In this document: positions 50,201-63,049 of the stretch, piece by piece
Numbering within the stretch: position 1 is the first letter of the stretch
Layout of the letters: each line of letters opens with the position of its first letter
Source: Paraspadella gotoi
Taxonomy: Eukaryota > Animalia > Chaetognatha
Length of the DNA stretch: 64,000 nt
Assembly (NCBI GenBank): GCA_051294375.1
Contig: CM119264.1
Location: 15,711,473 to 15,775,472, forward strand
Reading direction: 5' to 3'
Position numbers and translations under genes: made by a program
Notes under the pieces: model-generated
Databases searched by the model: none
Told to the model about the DNA's origin: nothing
What the model saw: the letters and a program-made list of their open reading frames with translations, nothing else

Positions 50201-53076
50201 TTGACAAAATTTAGGTTGTGGCGGTATTCACACCGCCTCACATCCAACAGTGAGATGCTCTATAATAGTCTTCATTGTTTATTGAGCCTTTATAGATTGG
50301 GAAAGATTGACGATAATGATAATAGATGAAGATAGAAAGAATGATTGTGAAGGAAATTTGTTTTTATGGACACTCATTAAGTTTACCTTCAGGAAACTGA
50401 ATAAACGCTGGAAATTTAATATGCTATGATTCAGAATATAATCTGAGATGTATAGAGTATTCTATATAACTATTTTCCAGCTGACTGAAGCTTATATGCA
50501 TTGCTAATGTAATTGCTTTATCAAACCATCTGCATCATATCAGCTTCTTTTTTTTATTTTGAATCAATTAAATACTGTCAAATCCGGAAGGGGTATGGTG
50601 AAATCTCTAAGAAAAGCCTATGAAAAGTATGACCAAAGTATGATCATCATTATACCAAAGCGAGATTGTAAAGAGTTTCTCTTGATTGACTGATTAATTA
50701 ATTAGTGATTAATTAATTGACTAATTGATTAATTAACTGATTAATTATTTGATTATTAATACATCCTGCATATACATTTAATATAAAGGGAAAAAAATCA
50801 ATCAATTAGTGAAACAGGTTTTTTTGTTTTTTTCCATTTAACTCATTTCCACTCAAACGATTCCATCGAAACTTGGTTTCCGTTCAATCACTCATTTTCC
50901 TACTCACATACAAAATTCCAGGTCAATCGCCCCATCCACTCATGAGCAATTGGTGTTCAAATAGTGAATTATATTTTTTTGTTTTTTCCATTTAAACTCA
51001 TTTCCACTCGGACGATTCCATCGAAACTTTATATCCAGCTCAATCACACACTTCCCTACCCACACACAAAATTTCATTCAAATCCATCCATCCAATCACG
51101 AGTAATTGGTGTTTTTTGCTAAGGTGGGACGGACGACATTTTTTTGCATAATTTATCATAATTCGATGTTCTGACATGATATAAGTTAGTGCCGACAATA
51201 TTGAGGGGGCGACCGACGGACCGACAAAGTGAATTATAGAGTCGGGATCTGCTGATAAGCAGATCCGACTAAAAACTAAATTGTATGAGTTTCAAAGTTT
51301 TTATTACTAGACACATTTAAGGCCAGGGATCACTCGTCCTAAAATTGTAGAAATCTTAATTTACTGTATCTTAATCATTTTCTCACATCTTGTAAGAGGT
51401 TTTCTATTAAAAAATAATCGAAAACTTTTAAAAAATCTTCCTAAAATGTTCATAAAAATTTAAACAAATTTTTTTTTTCGGTAAAACTAGATTTTCAAGA
51501 GAAAAATATTTTTTTTAAATGCAAGCTAAATTTCTACAACTAAATTTTTAATTTAAAACTGATTCTATACAGTAAGCTCAATTTTTACTTCTTATATTTA
51601 ATTCTTCCTTTGGTACAAGTACATACTTGGAGTTGTATCACTAATAAGTCTAAAACAAACTACTACACATTTTCCAGACGAGTTAAAAAACTTATCGAAT
51701 TTATTTCAATTTACTTTTTACTTTATGTAAATGTTTAATGAGTTTAAAGAGTACTGAATTTAACTTTTCTTGACGAAGTGAAGTTAAAAATGAAGAGTTG
51801 AAGCTCAAACCACAGGACTCTTTTTGAAGAAAAAAATATCTTGGGCAAGAAAGGAAAGGTGGAGAGATTCTATGAGCGCGTTTTTGAAAAAATGTTTTTT
51901 CGTTTCAAAGATATCAAGGAATTTATCCAAAAAATTGACTAAAATAATCAAATTTTCTATGAAGGAAGGCAAATTTTGAAAGTATCTTTTCATAGAATTG
52001 GAGTTTGTGACCTAAAAGTAATCCATGCCAAATTTCATGAGAAACCGCCTTACCGTTTGGGCTGCAACTCTTCAAATAGGTTTCTTTTATTTTATGAAAT
52101 TGGTACAACCAATATAAAAATTATCCATTCATTTAATAAATAAGCTATCTTGCCCCTGACTTTGGACAGGCTTTGGTGGTTTAAGGCCTCCATCACTCTT
52201 ACAAGATAATGACATAGCAGGTCACTGCAAGCTTTCAATCAAGACTCTCTCACAGTCTCGTTTATTCACTCCCAGAGTACCTGGCTTCCCTATCAATGAA
52301 GTGGTATATTATTTCAAAGAATGTTTCAATTGTATGAAAAGACCACTCCCTTAAGTATTAGATCGGGGAATACTTATTGTACTCCGCACTAGCATCAAAA
52401 TACAAGGAGCTGAATTTTATGAAATTGTACAACCAATATAAAAATTATCCATTCATTTAATAAATAAGCTATCTTGCCCCTGACTTTGGACAGGCTTTGG
52501 TGGTTTAAGGCCTCCATCACTCTTACAAGATAATGACATAGCAGGACACTGCAAGCTTTGAATCAAAACTCTCTCACAGACTCGTTTATTCACTCCCACA
52601 GTACCTGGCTTCCCTATCAATGAAGTGGTATATAATATTTCAAAGAATGTTTCAATTGTATGAAAAGACCACTCCCCTATATAATACATAGTACAAAAAA
52701 AATCGAAAAAACGATAACGCCTTTGAAAAAATAATAAAGTGAATACATTTTCTGAATCGTCAGGAGCTCTCCTTTCGAAATCCGAGCTCGGTTTTCGCCT
52801 AATTATAATTTGAATTGAGTGATCCCGGACCTTAAAACGTGAAAATACTTCCAAAATACTCGTAGGAAATGAGTTTCTTCGGGGCGAGCGCTGATTCTGC
52901 TTTGGTCGAAACTAAAAAGTACGGCGCGAGTTTCCACAAGAAAAAGTTGACCATAAAATATTTGACCAAACGCTCGAATTAAGAGAAAGCGAGACATGAC
53001 CTTTTCAACAGAGATATTATTATTTAACTAAGTAGCTGGTTGTTGGAAAGATTTGAATATTTTAAAATTGATAAAA
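47270..53076. repeat. ~2.9-kb tandem duplication (47270-50174, 50175-53076)
   Basis: Units are nearly identical; differences are mostly 1-nt indels. Confidence 0.9.
49193..49774 (-). mobile_element. Retrozyme-like element: two ~260-bp direct repeats each with a twister (49245-49309, 49568-49633), 64-bp spacer
   Basis: Direct repeats begin TATGAAATTGGTACAACCAAT; twisters are 323 nt apart. Inserted in a repeat whose uninterrupted copy is at ~42050; duplicated at 52093-52680 (twisters 52145-52209, 52469-52533). Confidence 0.7.
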
Positions 53077-53289
53077 AAAATATTTTGAACATTTGCTTTG
53101 GGTGCTGATAAAATGGGAAATAATAGTTTTATTTTATGGTGTATATTCCTTTCTTTCGTTGTGTGTTTCATTACGAAAAAGTTTAATTTGAGTTCGACAA
53201 CGATTTGTTTTTATTTTAAAAATAAAACATAAAACTGTATTTATTTGTAAAGTGACACTACGCTTCAGACACTCTGTATGGTAGTATCA

Positions 53290-53690
53290 TTGCATTATAT
53301 CTTTGCACCCTTCAGTTTCTTCTCTAATTCCCCACATCCGTCACCTGATATGACGGATATTGAAGTAGACCATGTAATCCTAAGGACTGATGCATCTTGC
53401 GTCTTTTTCTTACTCGATCGGATAGATGGTGCGATCCCTGCAAGTCGGGTTTCTCACAGGGCGTCGATGGTGGGGCGATCAACCCGACTGAAAACAATTA
53501 TCTCGAGTTTGATCCAAGAAAAATCTTTTCCTCTCTTTTTTCATACCTTGACTTCTTATTTTCCGTCTGCGATGGGCGAAGCCGCAATCTCGTCGCAAAG
53601 TCGTGGTAGTCGTCTTACGAAACGGCCAAGATCGTCGTCTTCGTTAGTTTCATCCTCTTCGATTACTGCAGCCACTGTTGAGGCTAAAAT
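53290..53690 (-). pseudogene. Exon-like GC-rich blocks
   Basis: Acceptor- and donor-like sites, acidic peptide VIEEDETNEDDD, premature stops. Confidence 0.25.
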
Positions 53691-56246
53691 GTAGAAATGT
53701 TATACTTAAACGTTTCTGCCGCACCCAACTTATATATTATATAATATATATCATATAGATAATTCGGCACTATTTAGAACCAAATTCCGAAACTCGATCC
53801 CAAACCTTTTTTCATAATATTTTTATATTTTTGGATAGAGAATGACTGGAATAATGTAAATCTTAAGTTACGTCTAAATTGGCCCATGGGTTTAGAAGAA
53901 ATCGACCAAAAACAACCAAAATTCCTCTTCCCTTTTTTCAACATTTTCGCCTTTTAAGATTTTCGCCGATTCTGACTTCCTCTTACAAACTTATAATTCC
54001 GCTAGTTAATTTTTTTTTCCACAACTTTCTAATCTTTTATAATTTCTAGGTAAAAAAATATAATACATTACATTAACATTAGGATATTGTGAAAGTGTCA
54101 TGTCTTGTGAAGCCTGTGAAAGTTGACTAATTAAAAAAATTGCCTATTTTATTATTAAAAACTGACATTAAAGTGAAGAAGTTGAACATCTTCTGGCTCC
54201 TTTCAGTAAACGTCTNNNNNNNNNNNNNNNNNNNNNNNNNCTGTTCTCTAAAATAAGATAATGTTTACTTTTTGCTGGTGTAAAAGAAAGATAAATATTT
54301 AGACTGTGATGGGGTGAATAATATTTTGTAGAATTTTGTAAGCATGCTTGTAAAATCAGACAAGCAATTATTTAAGTGACAAAAAATTTTCTTTATCCAA
54401 AAAACTTTTAAGTTTTACTAGAGTACAATTTAGCTTTTTTTTTTCAGAATCATTAAAAAGAATTTAATTTTTATTCATTCTTATGGGGTGTCATTAGTTT
54501 TAAAATTAATTATAATTTTGACTTAGTTTGACACTCACCCTGTGAAAAGATTTCAGCAAAAATAATTCTAAAATTGTATTTTGTATGTGTCCTATGATTA
54601 TGGCTTCATTTTGGTACTATTACCATCCCTTTATCTTTGTTCCTTCAAAAGATATTAGGAAAAATAAGTTTTTTCTCTCAACCTTCCTTTTAATTTCTTT
54701 TTAAATAAAAATTTCGCAATGAAAACTGGACCCATTCACTTTACCATGTTGGTTTAATATGAAAAAAAATTGTCAATAATAAAAAGAAAAATAGAACAAG
54801 CTCTAGGGACACAAGGCTTTTGGAATCTCATAATTCGAAGTACCATTTATAATGCTAACATGCCCTAATCCCGTTTGTAATTTTAAAAAAGTGAAATTTC
54901 CCTTTCATTTCTATAGTAAAAATTAGGTTTGAAAATCCTCTGGAGATGAGTAGTTCATTTCCCCTGGCTTGTTTGATAGTAAAATCTTTATCAAATGCCA
55001 CAAGAAGAAAGGAACGAGCTCTTGAGATGCAAAGCTGTCGGAATCGGGTGTTTTTACAACTGTTTTCTACCGGAATTTCTTGCAGGCTCGTTTGTAAAGT
55101 TGGGCAGTCAGATTCGAACGGAAATCTCTATTAGAAAAATGTTGAATTTTTTTTAAGCAAGATTTTCGCCTACACTATTTTACTTTCACCAACTGGAACC
55201 GAGCCAGTTCGGTTTTTCTATTCGCATATATCATTACTACAAGGGGAAAAAAAAGTTTTGTTAAGTTTAAGGGTGGTTAGGGTGTTAAGGTTAAGGGTGC
55301 CTTGGGTAATATTCCAAAAAAAATTTTTTTTTGTGCTAAAAAATATTTTTTACGTTTGTGCTCAAAAACATAAAAAAAATCTTATAAGACTCATGATCCA
55401 GACCCCACTATCAAAGAAAATTAATAAAAAAATCCGGGAAAAAAACGAATGAATGATGCGATAACGAATTATTGATGTAATAGTAATCGATTAATGTAAT
55501 ACTAATAGTAATTGATTGATATAATAGGAATTGATTATTGATGAGATGATAACCAATTATTGATGCGATGATAACCAATTATTGATACGATGATAGTCAT
55601 TCACTGATGTGATGATAATCATTCACTGATGCGATGATAGTCATTCATTGACGCGATGAGTCATTCATCATAAATAAAACGAATTCTGACTAAATCTCAG
55701 AGCCGTAAAATAAAGCGATGCAAATGAAGAATAAGGAGGTGCAGACAAAATAGCAAATCTTTATAGAAATCAATAGGAACATGAACCAAAATGCTGTTAG
55801 TAAGAAATGAAAGAAAACAGGGAATATGATGAAAAAGAAAAAAACAGAAAAAGAAAGACCGAAATTTAAGGGTAAAGTTATTAAACAAAAAAAAAAAAGC
55901 TTTGTTCGCCCCTTGGGGGTTCAAACGTGGGGACCCGTATCTCTTCTAATTATCTAAATATAATTAAATATATCCCCTTTTCATTCCAATCCATTTTGTA
56001 TAGCCAAAGTCTAACTTCATGCCAAATTTAATCCAATGTGAAAGAGTAGTTTGTGCAAAACCGATTCGCGGCTCAAAAAAATGGCACATCATTATGATTT
56101 TCTATTTTTAGTCGGATCTGCTTATAAGACACGATGCAAGTTAACGTGGCGAAGACGATGCAGAAATAAAAAAAAATTCAGTGATTAAGTACAAAAAATA
56201 TTAATGAAAAATCTTATATGGTATGAAAGATATGACTAAATACAGC

Positions 56247-57487
56247 CACGGTAGGGCAGAGAGGATGTGAAAGAAACAAAAAAAGTGCCATCTCTGAAAC
56301 CTATAAATTCTTAAAGTATACCCATGAGACACTTAATGTGGTAGGTCAGTAAAATTCGATAAAGGCAGGTTTTTTTTTAAATGCTCATTAAAGTTTTTTA
56401 AATTTTTTTATAAAAATTTTTAAGTAGTTTAGTGAATATGCTTACAATTTAAATGTCTATATGTCTATCATTATCTACAAAGCATAAGCTTTAATTTGAA
56501 ACCACTCCCAACTTTCTATTACTTTTCGCTATTGAAATATAAGTAAAAATTAATTTTTTTTTTTTAAAGATTAATCAATTAGTACCATTGAACAGATTAT
56601 TTCTTAAAGATAAAAATATAAATATGTTCTTAAAATACAGTTCTACTTATTAGGCTTCAAAATAAGTTTTTTTTAATTAATAATAATTTTAATATAAAAA
56701 ATTTTAAAACTGAAAAAAATATTTTAAAAAATATTAATATATACTCTAATTAAGTATTAAAAGTTAAAGCATTATGTTTGTTAATATTTTTACACATTTG
56801 TCTATTAATAATATATATCAAATATTGAGCGAGTTATTATTATAATATAATTTTATAAATAAAATTTTTTTATAAGTAATAAATTATATAATTACTTTTT
56901 AAAGCTGGATATGATTTTGAATTAAAGTGCTCAACTAATATTTATCTGTTATTTTATTTGAGATTAAGTTTTAATTAAATATCACATATTTTTTTTTTAA
57001 AAATAAAATTAATTATCTGTATTATTTATTTTTTATAATAAATTTATATAAATTTTTTAAAAAATTTGTTTTTAGGGATTAATAAGTAGAACTGCATTTT
57101 GAGAACCTATATGTACTTTTATTTTTAAGAAATAATCCGTTTGAAAGAACTGATTGATTATTAATTTTTTTTTTTAAATTATGATTTTTACTTATAATTC
57201 AATAACAAAAAATCATAAAAAGTTGGGAGAGGTCTCAAATTAAAGCTTATGCTCTGTAGATAATGATAGATGTATAGCCATTAAAATTGTAAGCATTTTT
57301 ACTAAACTATTTAAAAAATTTTATAAAAAATTTTTAAAAACTTTAATGAGCATTTAAAAAAAAACCTGCCTTTATCGAATTTTACTGACCTACCACATTA
57401 AGTGTCTCATGGGTATACTTTAAGATTTTATAGGTTTCAGAGATGGCACTTTTTTTGTTTCTTTCACATCCTCTCTGCCCTACCGTG
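56247..57487. mobile_element. 1.24-kb foldback element, CACGG ends (Chapaev-like)
   Basis: CACGGTAGGGCAGAGAGG..CCTCTCTGCCCTACCGTG; flanks ACAG(C)/ACAG. Confidence 0.8.
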
Positions 57488-57794
57488 ACAGGATAAGGAC
57501 TAAATATTCAATATTTCAATATTTCAATATTGTTGGGCAACCACATATATGTCAGAATATCGAATTATGATAAATTATGCAAAAAAACGATGGCCGTCCA
57601 TCCGTAGCAAAAAACTCCAATTACTCGTGATTGGATGGATGGATTGAAATGAAATTATGTGTGTGGGTAGGGAAGTGTGTGATTGAGCTGGAAATCAAGT
57701 TTCGATGGAATCGTCTGAGTGAAAATGGAAAAAACAAAAAACCTGTTTCACTAATTGATTATGCTTCTTTTTATTTTTATATTAAATGTAAATG

Positions 57795-58024
57795 TGAAGA
57801 GACAGTAATTATTGATGTGTTAGTGACAGAAACGTTCAATATAAGCAGTCCCTGAGCTTCGGATCAGGCTGTAACACCATGTTACAGGCGGGTTAAGCGC
57901 CCCGTCCCTCTTAACTGCCAGACGACCACCGGGCTAGAACCCCGGACCTTTGGGTTGGGAGGCAAATGACTTGCCTCCGGCACCAATGGCCGCTGATGAA
58001 CGGTTGGTGGATTTTAGTCCACCA
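57795..58024 (-). mobile_element. tRNA-headed SINE-like element with twister (second copy 18625-18856)
   Basis: tRNA-like GCGGCCA..TGGTCGT with box B GGTTCTAGCCC; two near-identical copies; this one interrupts a HINE with a TAAATG duplication. Confidence 0.75.
57845..57918 (-). ncRNA. Type-P5 twister ribozyme, loopless self-complementary P1 (GGCGCU)
   Basis: GCAGUU AA GAGG GACGG GGCGCU U^AA CCC GC [CUGUAACA UGG UGUUACAG] CCUGA UCCGAAGC UCAGG GACUGC; T1 CG/CG is compensatory. Confidence 0.85.
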
Positions 58025-58130
58025 TAAATGCAAGATATATTAATTAATCAAATAATTAATCAGTTAATTAGTTAATTAATCAATTAAATAATCAGTCGAT
58101 TAATCAATCAATTATTAAATCAATCAATTA

Positions 58131-59378
58131 CAGGGTAGTGAATCAAAACTTAGAATAGAATTTACCATTAGATTTCAATGGCAAAAACTTATTGAAATTT
58201 ATTTTATAATACATCAAAATAATCACTGATGTTTTCTCTCTCTGATATAGGTTTTATTTTTTTATGCTCGAACAATACTCCACGGTATTGAGAAGAACGC
58301 AAAGTTGGTTGAATTTGCTCCGCGCCGGATTTCAGCTTTAAACCACTACTAAAATATGTTAACATTCCTAGTATTATGTTATATAATTAAAAAGGTTATT
58401 AAGAATAGGAATAACTAGTATTCTAGGTTGGGAAACCGTGCACTAAAGGCCAGTCTATTAGAGCCATATATAAAGGTGCTGCAAGCAATAATTGAATTAC
58501 CTCCATATGCTAAAATGAAAATTCTAAAGAGAGCAAATGAAGAACTCAATTTAGAAATATATACTGGGAGATGTTTTCTTTATTACCCTATGGCCATTAA
58601 GCTGCAGCAGTTTGAGAAGTTATTTTTATCCTTGATTACTAAAAGCAATTTTAAGATGCTGTAAAATTTTTTTTTTCTTAAGTTCACACTGTAGTGGCCT
58701 CTCTGGCTGAGTGCGATCTCTGTAAGCTTATGAAAACAATAACTAATGAAGTTGGGACTCTATGTATAAAATATCAAGTTAATAGCAAAATGCAACCTAC
58801 TGCAGCGTCAGATAAAATAAAATATTTCTTTGTATTTTTGCTACTGGGTGAAAAACCATTGCTGCAGTCTACTATAGAGTACTGAGATTCCATTTCTTGA
58901 CATTTATGAGAGGCAATACCCTTGGGTTTAATATGTATGGCTGTAACAATGGGCTTTATTGCTAACAGCTGAAGAAAAATATGAAGATTTCAGATGCAGC
59001 AACATTTGGATTTTTGACTGAAGGATTTTCGGGCTTGATATTATCCAATATCCATATTAAATTACCCTTAACTGTGCTTAGTAGGGCGTTTTAAAGGGGG
59101 GCACCCATATCACTTTTAACCAAAATATGATAGGCTAGGATAAACCGTTTCTGAGCTACGGCCCAATCTTTCAGAATTTTTTATGAAGAGCAGCTGTGAT
59201 TCTTTTGGGTGCTGTGGCAGGTGTTGTTTTTGCAACAGCGATTATCGCATGGCATTAATAGTTAGAAAAAGGTCTGATTTAAGTATCTCCAATTCAATTT
59301 TTTTATTTTAATACAAACAATAAGTCATAAAATAAAAAAAAGTAATACAGATTTTCTAAGTTTTGAATCCCTACCCAG
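58131..59378. mobile_element. Tc1/mariner-like non-autonomous element (truncated copy 16952-18320)
   Basis: TIR CAGGGTAGTGAATCAAAACTTAGAA, TA TSD. Confidence 0.8.
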
Positions 59379-59590
59379 TATTTATCTATTAATTATTCAA
59401 TCAATTTATTTATCAATTAATTATTTAATCAATCAAGTAATCGTTATCGGCATTATTGTCGTCGTCGCAATCATCGTCGTCATTGCTTTTGTCGTGGTTA
59501 GTGACGATAAGACCAAACTAGTGGCTGCGCCAATACATGTAAATCGCTTTCAAAGGCTTAAGCTGAACTGTTACTGCGGCAATAATAATA

Positions 59591-60366
59591 TTTTTAGTCG
59601 GATCAGCAGATCCCAACTCTATAATTCATTTTGTCGGTCCGTCGGTCCGCCCCCTCAATATTGTCGGGCACACACTTATATCATGTCAGAACATCGAATT
59701 ATGATAAATTATGCAAAAAAAATGATGTACGTCCGTCCGTCCCACCTTAGCAAAAAACACCAATTACTCGTGATTGGATGGATGGATTTGAATGAAATTT
59801 TGTGTGTGGGTAGGGAAGTGTGTGATTGAGCTAGATATGAAGTTTCAATGGAATCGTCCGAGTTTAAATGGAAAAAACAAAAAAATATATTTGACTATTT
59901 GAACACCAATTGCTCATGAGTGGATGGGGCAATTGACCTTGAATTTGGTATGTAGGTAGAAAAGTGTGTGATTAAGCTGGAAATCAAGTTTCGATGGACT
60001 CATCTTAGTGGAAATAAGTTTACATGGAAAAAACAAAAAACCTGTTTCACTAATTGATTATGCTTCTTTTTCTATCAAATATAAATGCAGGATGTATTAA
60101 TTAATCAAATAATTAATCAATTAGTCAATTAATTAATAAATAATTAATCAGTCAATAAATAAGTCAATCATTATCGGCATTATTCTCATCGTCGTCATTG
60201 CTTTTGTCGTGGTTATTGACAAAAAAATCTAAAAAAAAACATTTGGGATCAAATTAATTAATTGCCTAATTAATTAATTAATTAACTTGAATAATTCAAT
60301 TATTAATTAATGAATTACCGATAATTATCGTGGACAGATCCGACATTGTTTGCTCAAACTTGTTTT
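59591..60366 (+). mobile_element. Helentron-associated (DINE-1/HINE-like) element family 1; copies 41181-41854 (+), ~34920-35830 (+), 44983-46386 (-), 47780-48376 (-), 50690-51276 (-), 57530-58130 (+), 25043-25702, 3' end 9590-9632
   Basis: T-rich insertion site, 5' subTIR hairpin AGTCGGATCTGC..GCAGATCCGACT, (GTCC)n tract, central ~150-bp tandem units, 3' GCAGATCCGAC plus GTTTG-CT-CAAAC stem-loop. Confidence 0.8.
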
Positions 60367-61435
60367 AAATTTGCATCATTTTTTAACTTTTTCATTTTTT
60401 TATATTTTTCAGCTTGTATCCATTTTTTAGCTTGCAATTTTTTTTTTATCATTTTTTTAGCGTGCATCATTTTTTCAACTTGCATCATTTTTTCAACTTG
60501 CATCATTTTTTCAACTTGCATACCATGATGGAGAAAAAAGTGTCGCGTTTTGGAAAAGCCAGTTAATTTTATTGTCAAATATATTTTTTGGCTAATAAAT
60601 AAGTTTTAATAGGTAATATGACCTCCCTAAGACTGAATAAAATAATTATTTTTCAACAGAATTAAATTATTCAATGCATTCAAAAGAGGTTATCTAACTG
60701 TTTACACTTCTTTTTGATTAAGAGAACTACTCATATTATTGTTAAAATTATATCTCTGACATGCTATTTTTTATCAGAATTGGGGCAAAAAATTGTCCTT
60801 AGCAAGCAGTGAAAAAGAGTGATCCTCTATAAAGTAAACCATGCTTGAGTTGTTCATTGTCTTTCACTTCAACAAAATTTTTATTTTTTTATTTTTGGAC
60901 TTGTTTGATACTTGATTCTGATAATACATCCAAAAGTAAATAAAAATGATAACTTTGCTTACAGAAAGGTTACCCGGAACCTTATAACTTTTATTGATAC
61001 TTTGCAATTTAAAAATAATATTCTGTAACATCTACAGCATCAATGTATTTTTAATATTGCTTTTTTTTTACATATGAATTAAGATTTATCCCTGAATCTA
61101 TCCTAATAGAGATAATGCAATAACCATTTGAAATAAGACTGAGAAAAGGCAGGGATTTTTAATAGTATTAATTAAACTAAAAAGTAATAAAAAAGAACCG
61201 GAAATGAGTATAAATAAAAAGTATAGATATAAAAAGGATAACAATGAAGGAAGCATTTTTTTGGACAACACATTTTTTTTCCATGGAACTCCTGTATTTT
61301 TTGTCATACATAAATGAGTCACAGCTTATATGAATCACAAAAGGCCAAAGTTTCTTAATATCTAAATTTTATTTTTTGATTCTTACATTAAAATTCAAAA
61401 AAATAACTGGAAAGTACCTCGACACTTTTTTTCTA

Positions 61436-61652
61436 GCATAATTTTTTCAACTTGCATAATTTTTTCAACTTGCATAATTTTTTCAACTTGCATAATTTTT
61501 TCAACTTGCATAATTTTTTCAACTTGCATAATTTTTTCAACTTGCATAATTTTTTCAACTTGCATAATTTTTTCAACTTGCATAATTTTTTCAACTTGCA
61601 TAATTTTTTCAACTTGCATAATTTTTTCAACTTGCATAATTTTTTCAACTTG
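61436..61652. repeat. 18-bp minisatellite (GCATAATTTTTTCAACTT) x12
   Basis: Perfect tandem array; related units at 25128-25225, 35560-35720, 35830-35950 and 60370-60520. Confidence 0.9.
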
Positions 61653-62327
61653 AAAAAATTATGCAACTTTTAGCATTTTTTTAACTTTCAACTATCTAGT
61701 TATCAAGTTCAATGGAATGAAGCAGTGAGGAAATTGAAATGTGTGTCCATTTTTTTTGTTTTATATCGATTCAAATATTTTTTGTTTGAATTTGCATTTA
61801 ATCACGATTTACTACAATATGCAAGTTAGATTTTAATACTTTTTTATTAATTTTTTTGATAGTAAGGTCTGGCGAGATCATTATACTTTGAAGATTATGT
61901 TGCATGCTGCGAAAGGAGTCCATAAACAAAGCAACAAGAAATATTTTCATATTTTGCAAAAATATAAAAAAAATTATTTTTAAAAATATTTACGATAAAA
62001 AAATTAGAAAAGATATATTAAAACTAAATTTCATTGCTATTTTGCTTTAAAAACGCTCTTTTGTTTGTGGAGCCATCTGGTATATTAAGACCAAAACAAG
62101 AAAAAAATTGGCTATTTTGTGTAAAGCAATGCAAGTGAAGATCTAGTGGGTGCAGACAGAAGAGCAAATTTCTATAGAAAGGAAATAAATTGCTAAAGCA
62201 AAACAAACATTTCGGATCAAATTAATTTATTTATTAATTACCGCTAATGATCGTGCGAGTGGAAATGAGTTTAAATGGAAAAAACAAAAGTCATATTTAC
62301 TTGAAGCATTTTTACATATATATTATA

Positions 62328-63049
62328 TGTTACGAAATAACTATCTTTATATCACGAAGAAATCCAGCTTCTCCTCCTTCTCCCGATGCTCTTTTGTCTT
62401 TTTTACTGACACAAGAATTGCCAGCTTTTCAGCGATTACAGAGACATCTTTCTATTTAGACTTGTTATATATATATACTTAAGTACAGATTCCGTGGCGG
62501 ATTCTGATTGGTTCATCGGATTTCGATAGATTTTAATTACGATTTATCGATGTGAACGATCAGATCTGTCATTCTTGCTCTTTCAGTTCTCTGAAAATCT
62601 CGGAATCTCTAGTTTTTAGAAACTATTTGGTAATTGCTGGATTGGTGGACTTTCCTGTGAGAGAAGCAACTTTTTGTTACTATTTTGGCTTCAGAAACAA
62701 GTAAGAAAGATTCTTTAAACTTTATATATATATTTGCTGAGTTTGTATTAAATGTTTTGTTATCCTTTCCCCAGGACGTCTAACTTTACACAACTTCCCT
62801 TTACACAACTTCACCTTTAACTTCACTTCAACTTCAACTTTAACTCTTACAACTTTAAAGTACTATTTGTTAAGTCCTGGGCTTCGCCTTTGTGGCCGAG
62901 TGTCGTCCTCATCTATTGAGCGTCATAGACCGGCGCCATCGTCTCCTCTGCGCCATTACGCCACAAATACCAACGCTTTATTTGGCGTAGAGTTAGCCCA
63001 GAAAAATTAGCAAGTCAATGAAACCACTCTCCGAACTTAGTTCAAAACA
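62328..63049 (+). mobile_element. Solo LTR (722 bp, 5-bp TSD, BEL/Pao- or Copia-like signature)
   Basis: TGTTAC..AACA ends, TSD TTATA; relatives at 39573-39901 (+) and 42478-43236 (-). Confidence 0.8.

Noticed and set aside
49686-52997. Duplicated ORFs MEVFSRFK.. and MSRFLLIR..
   Set aside because: They lie in non-autonomous repeats within the tandem duplication, and frames differ between copies.
57990-58020. Hammerhead core CTGATGA (also at 18824)
   Set aside because: No stem II followed by GAAA.
61395-61673. Repetitive ORFs (MQVEKI)n and (LHNFFN)n
   Set aside because: Translations of an 18-bp minisatellite, not genes.
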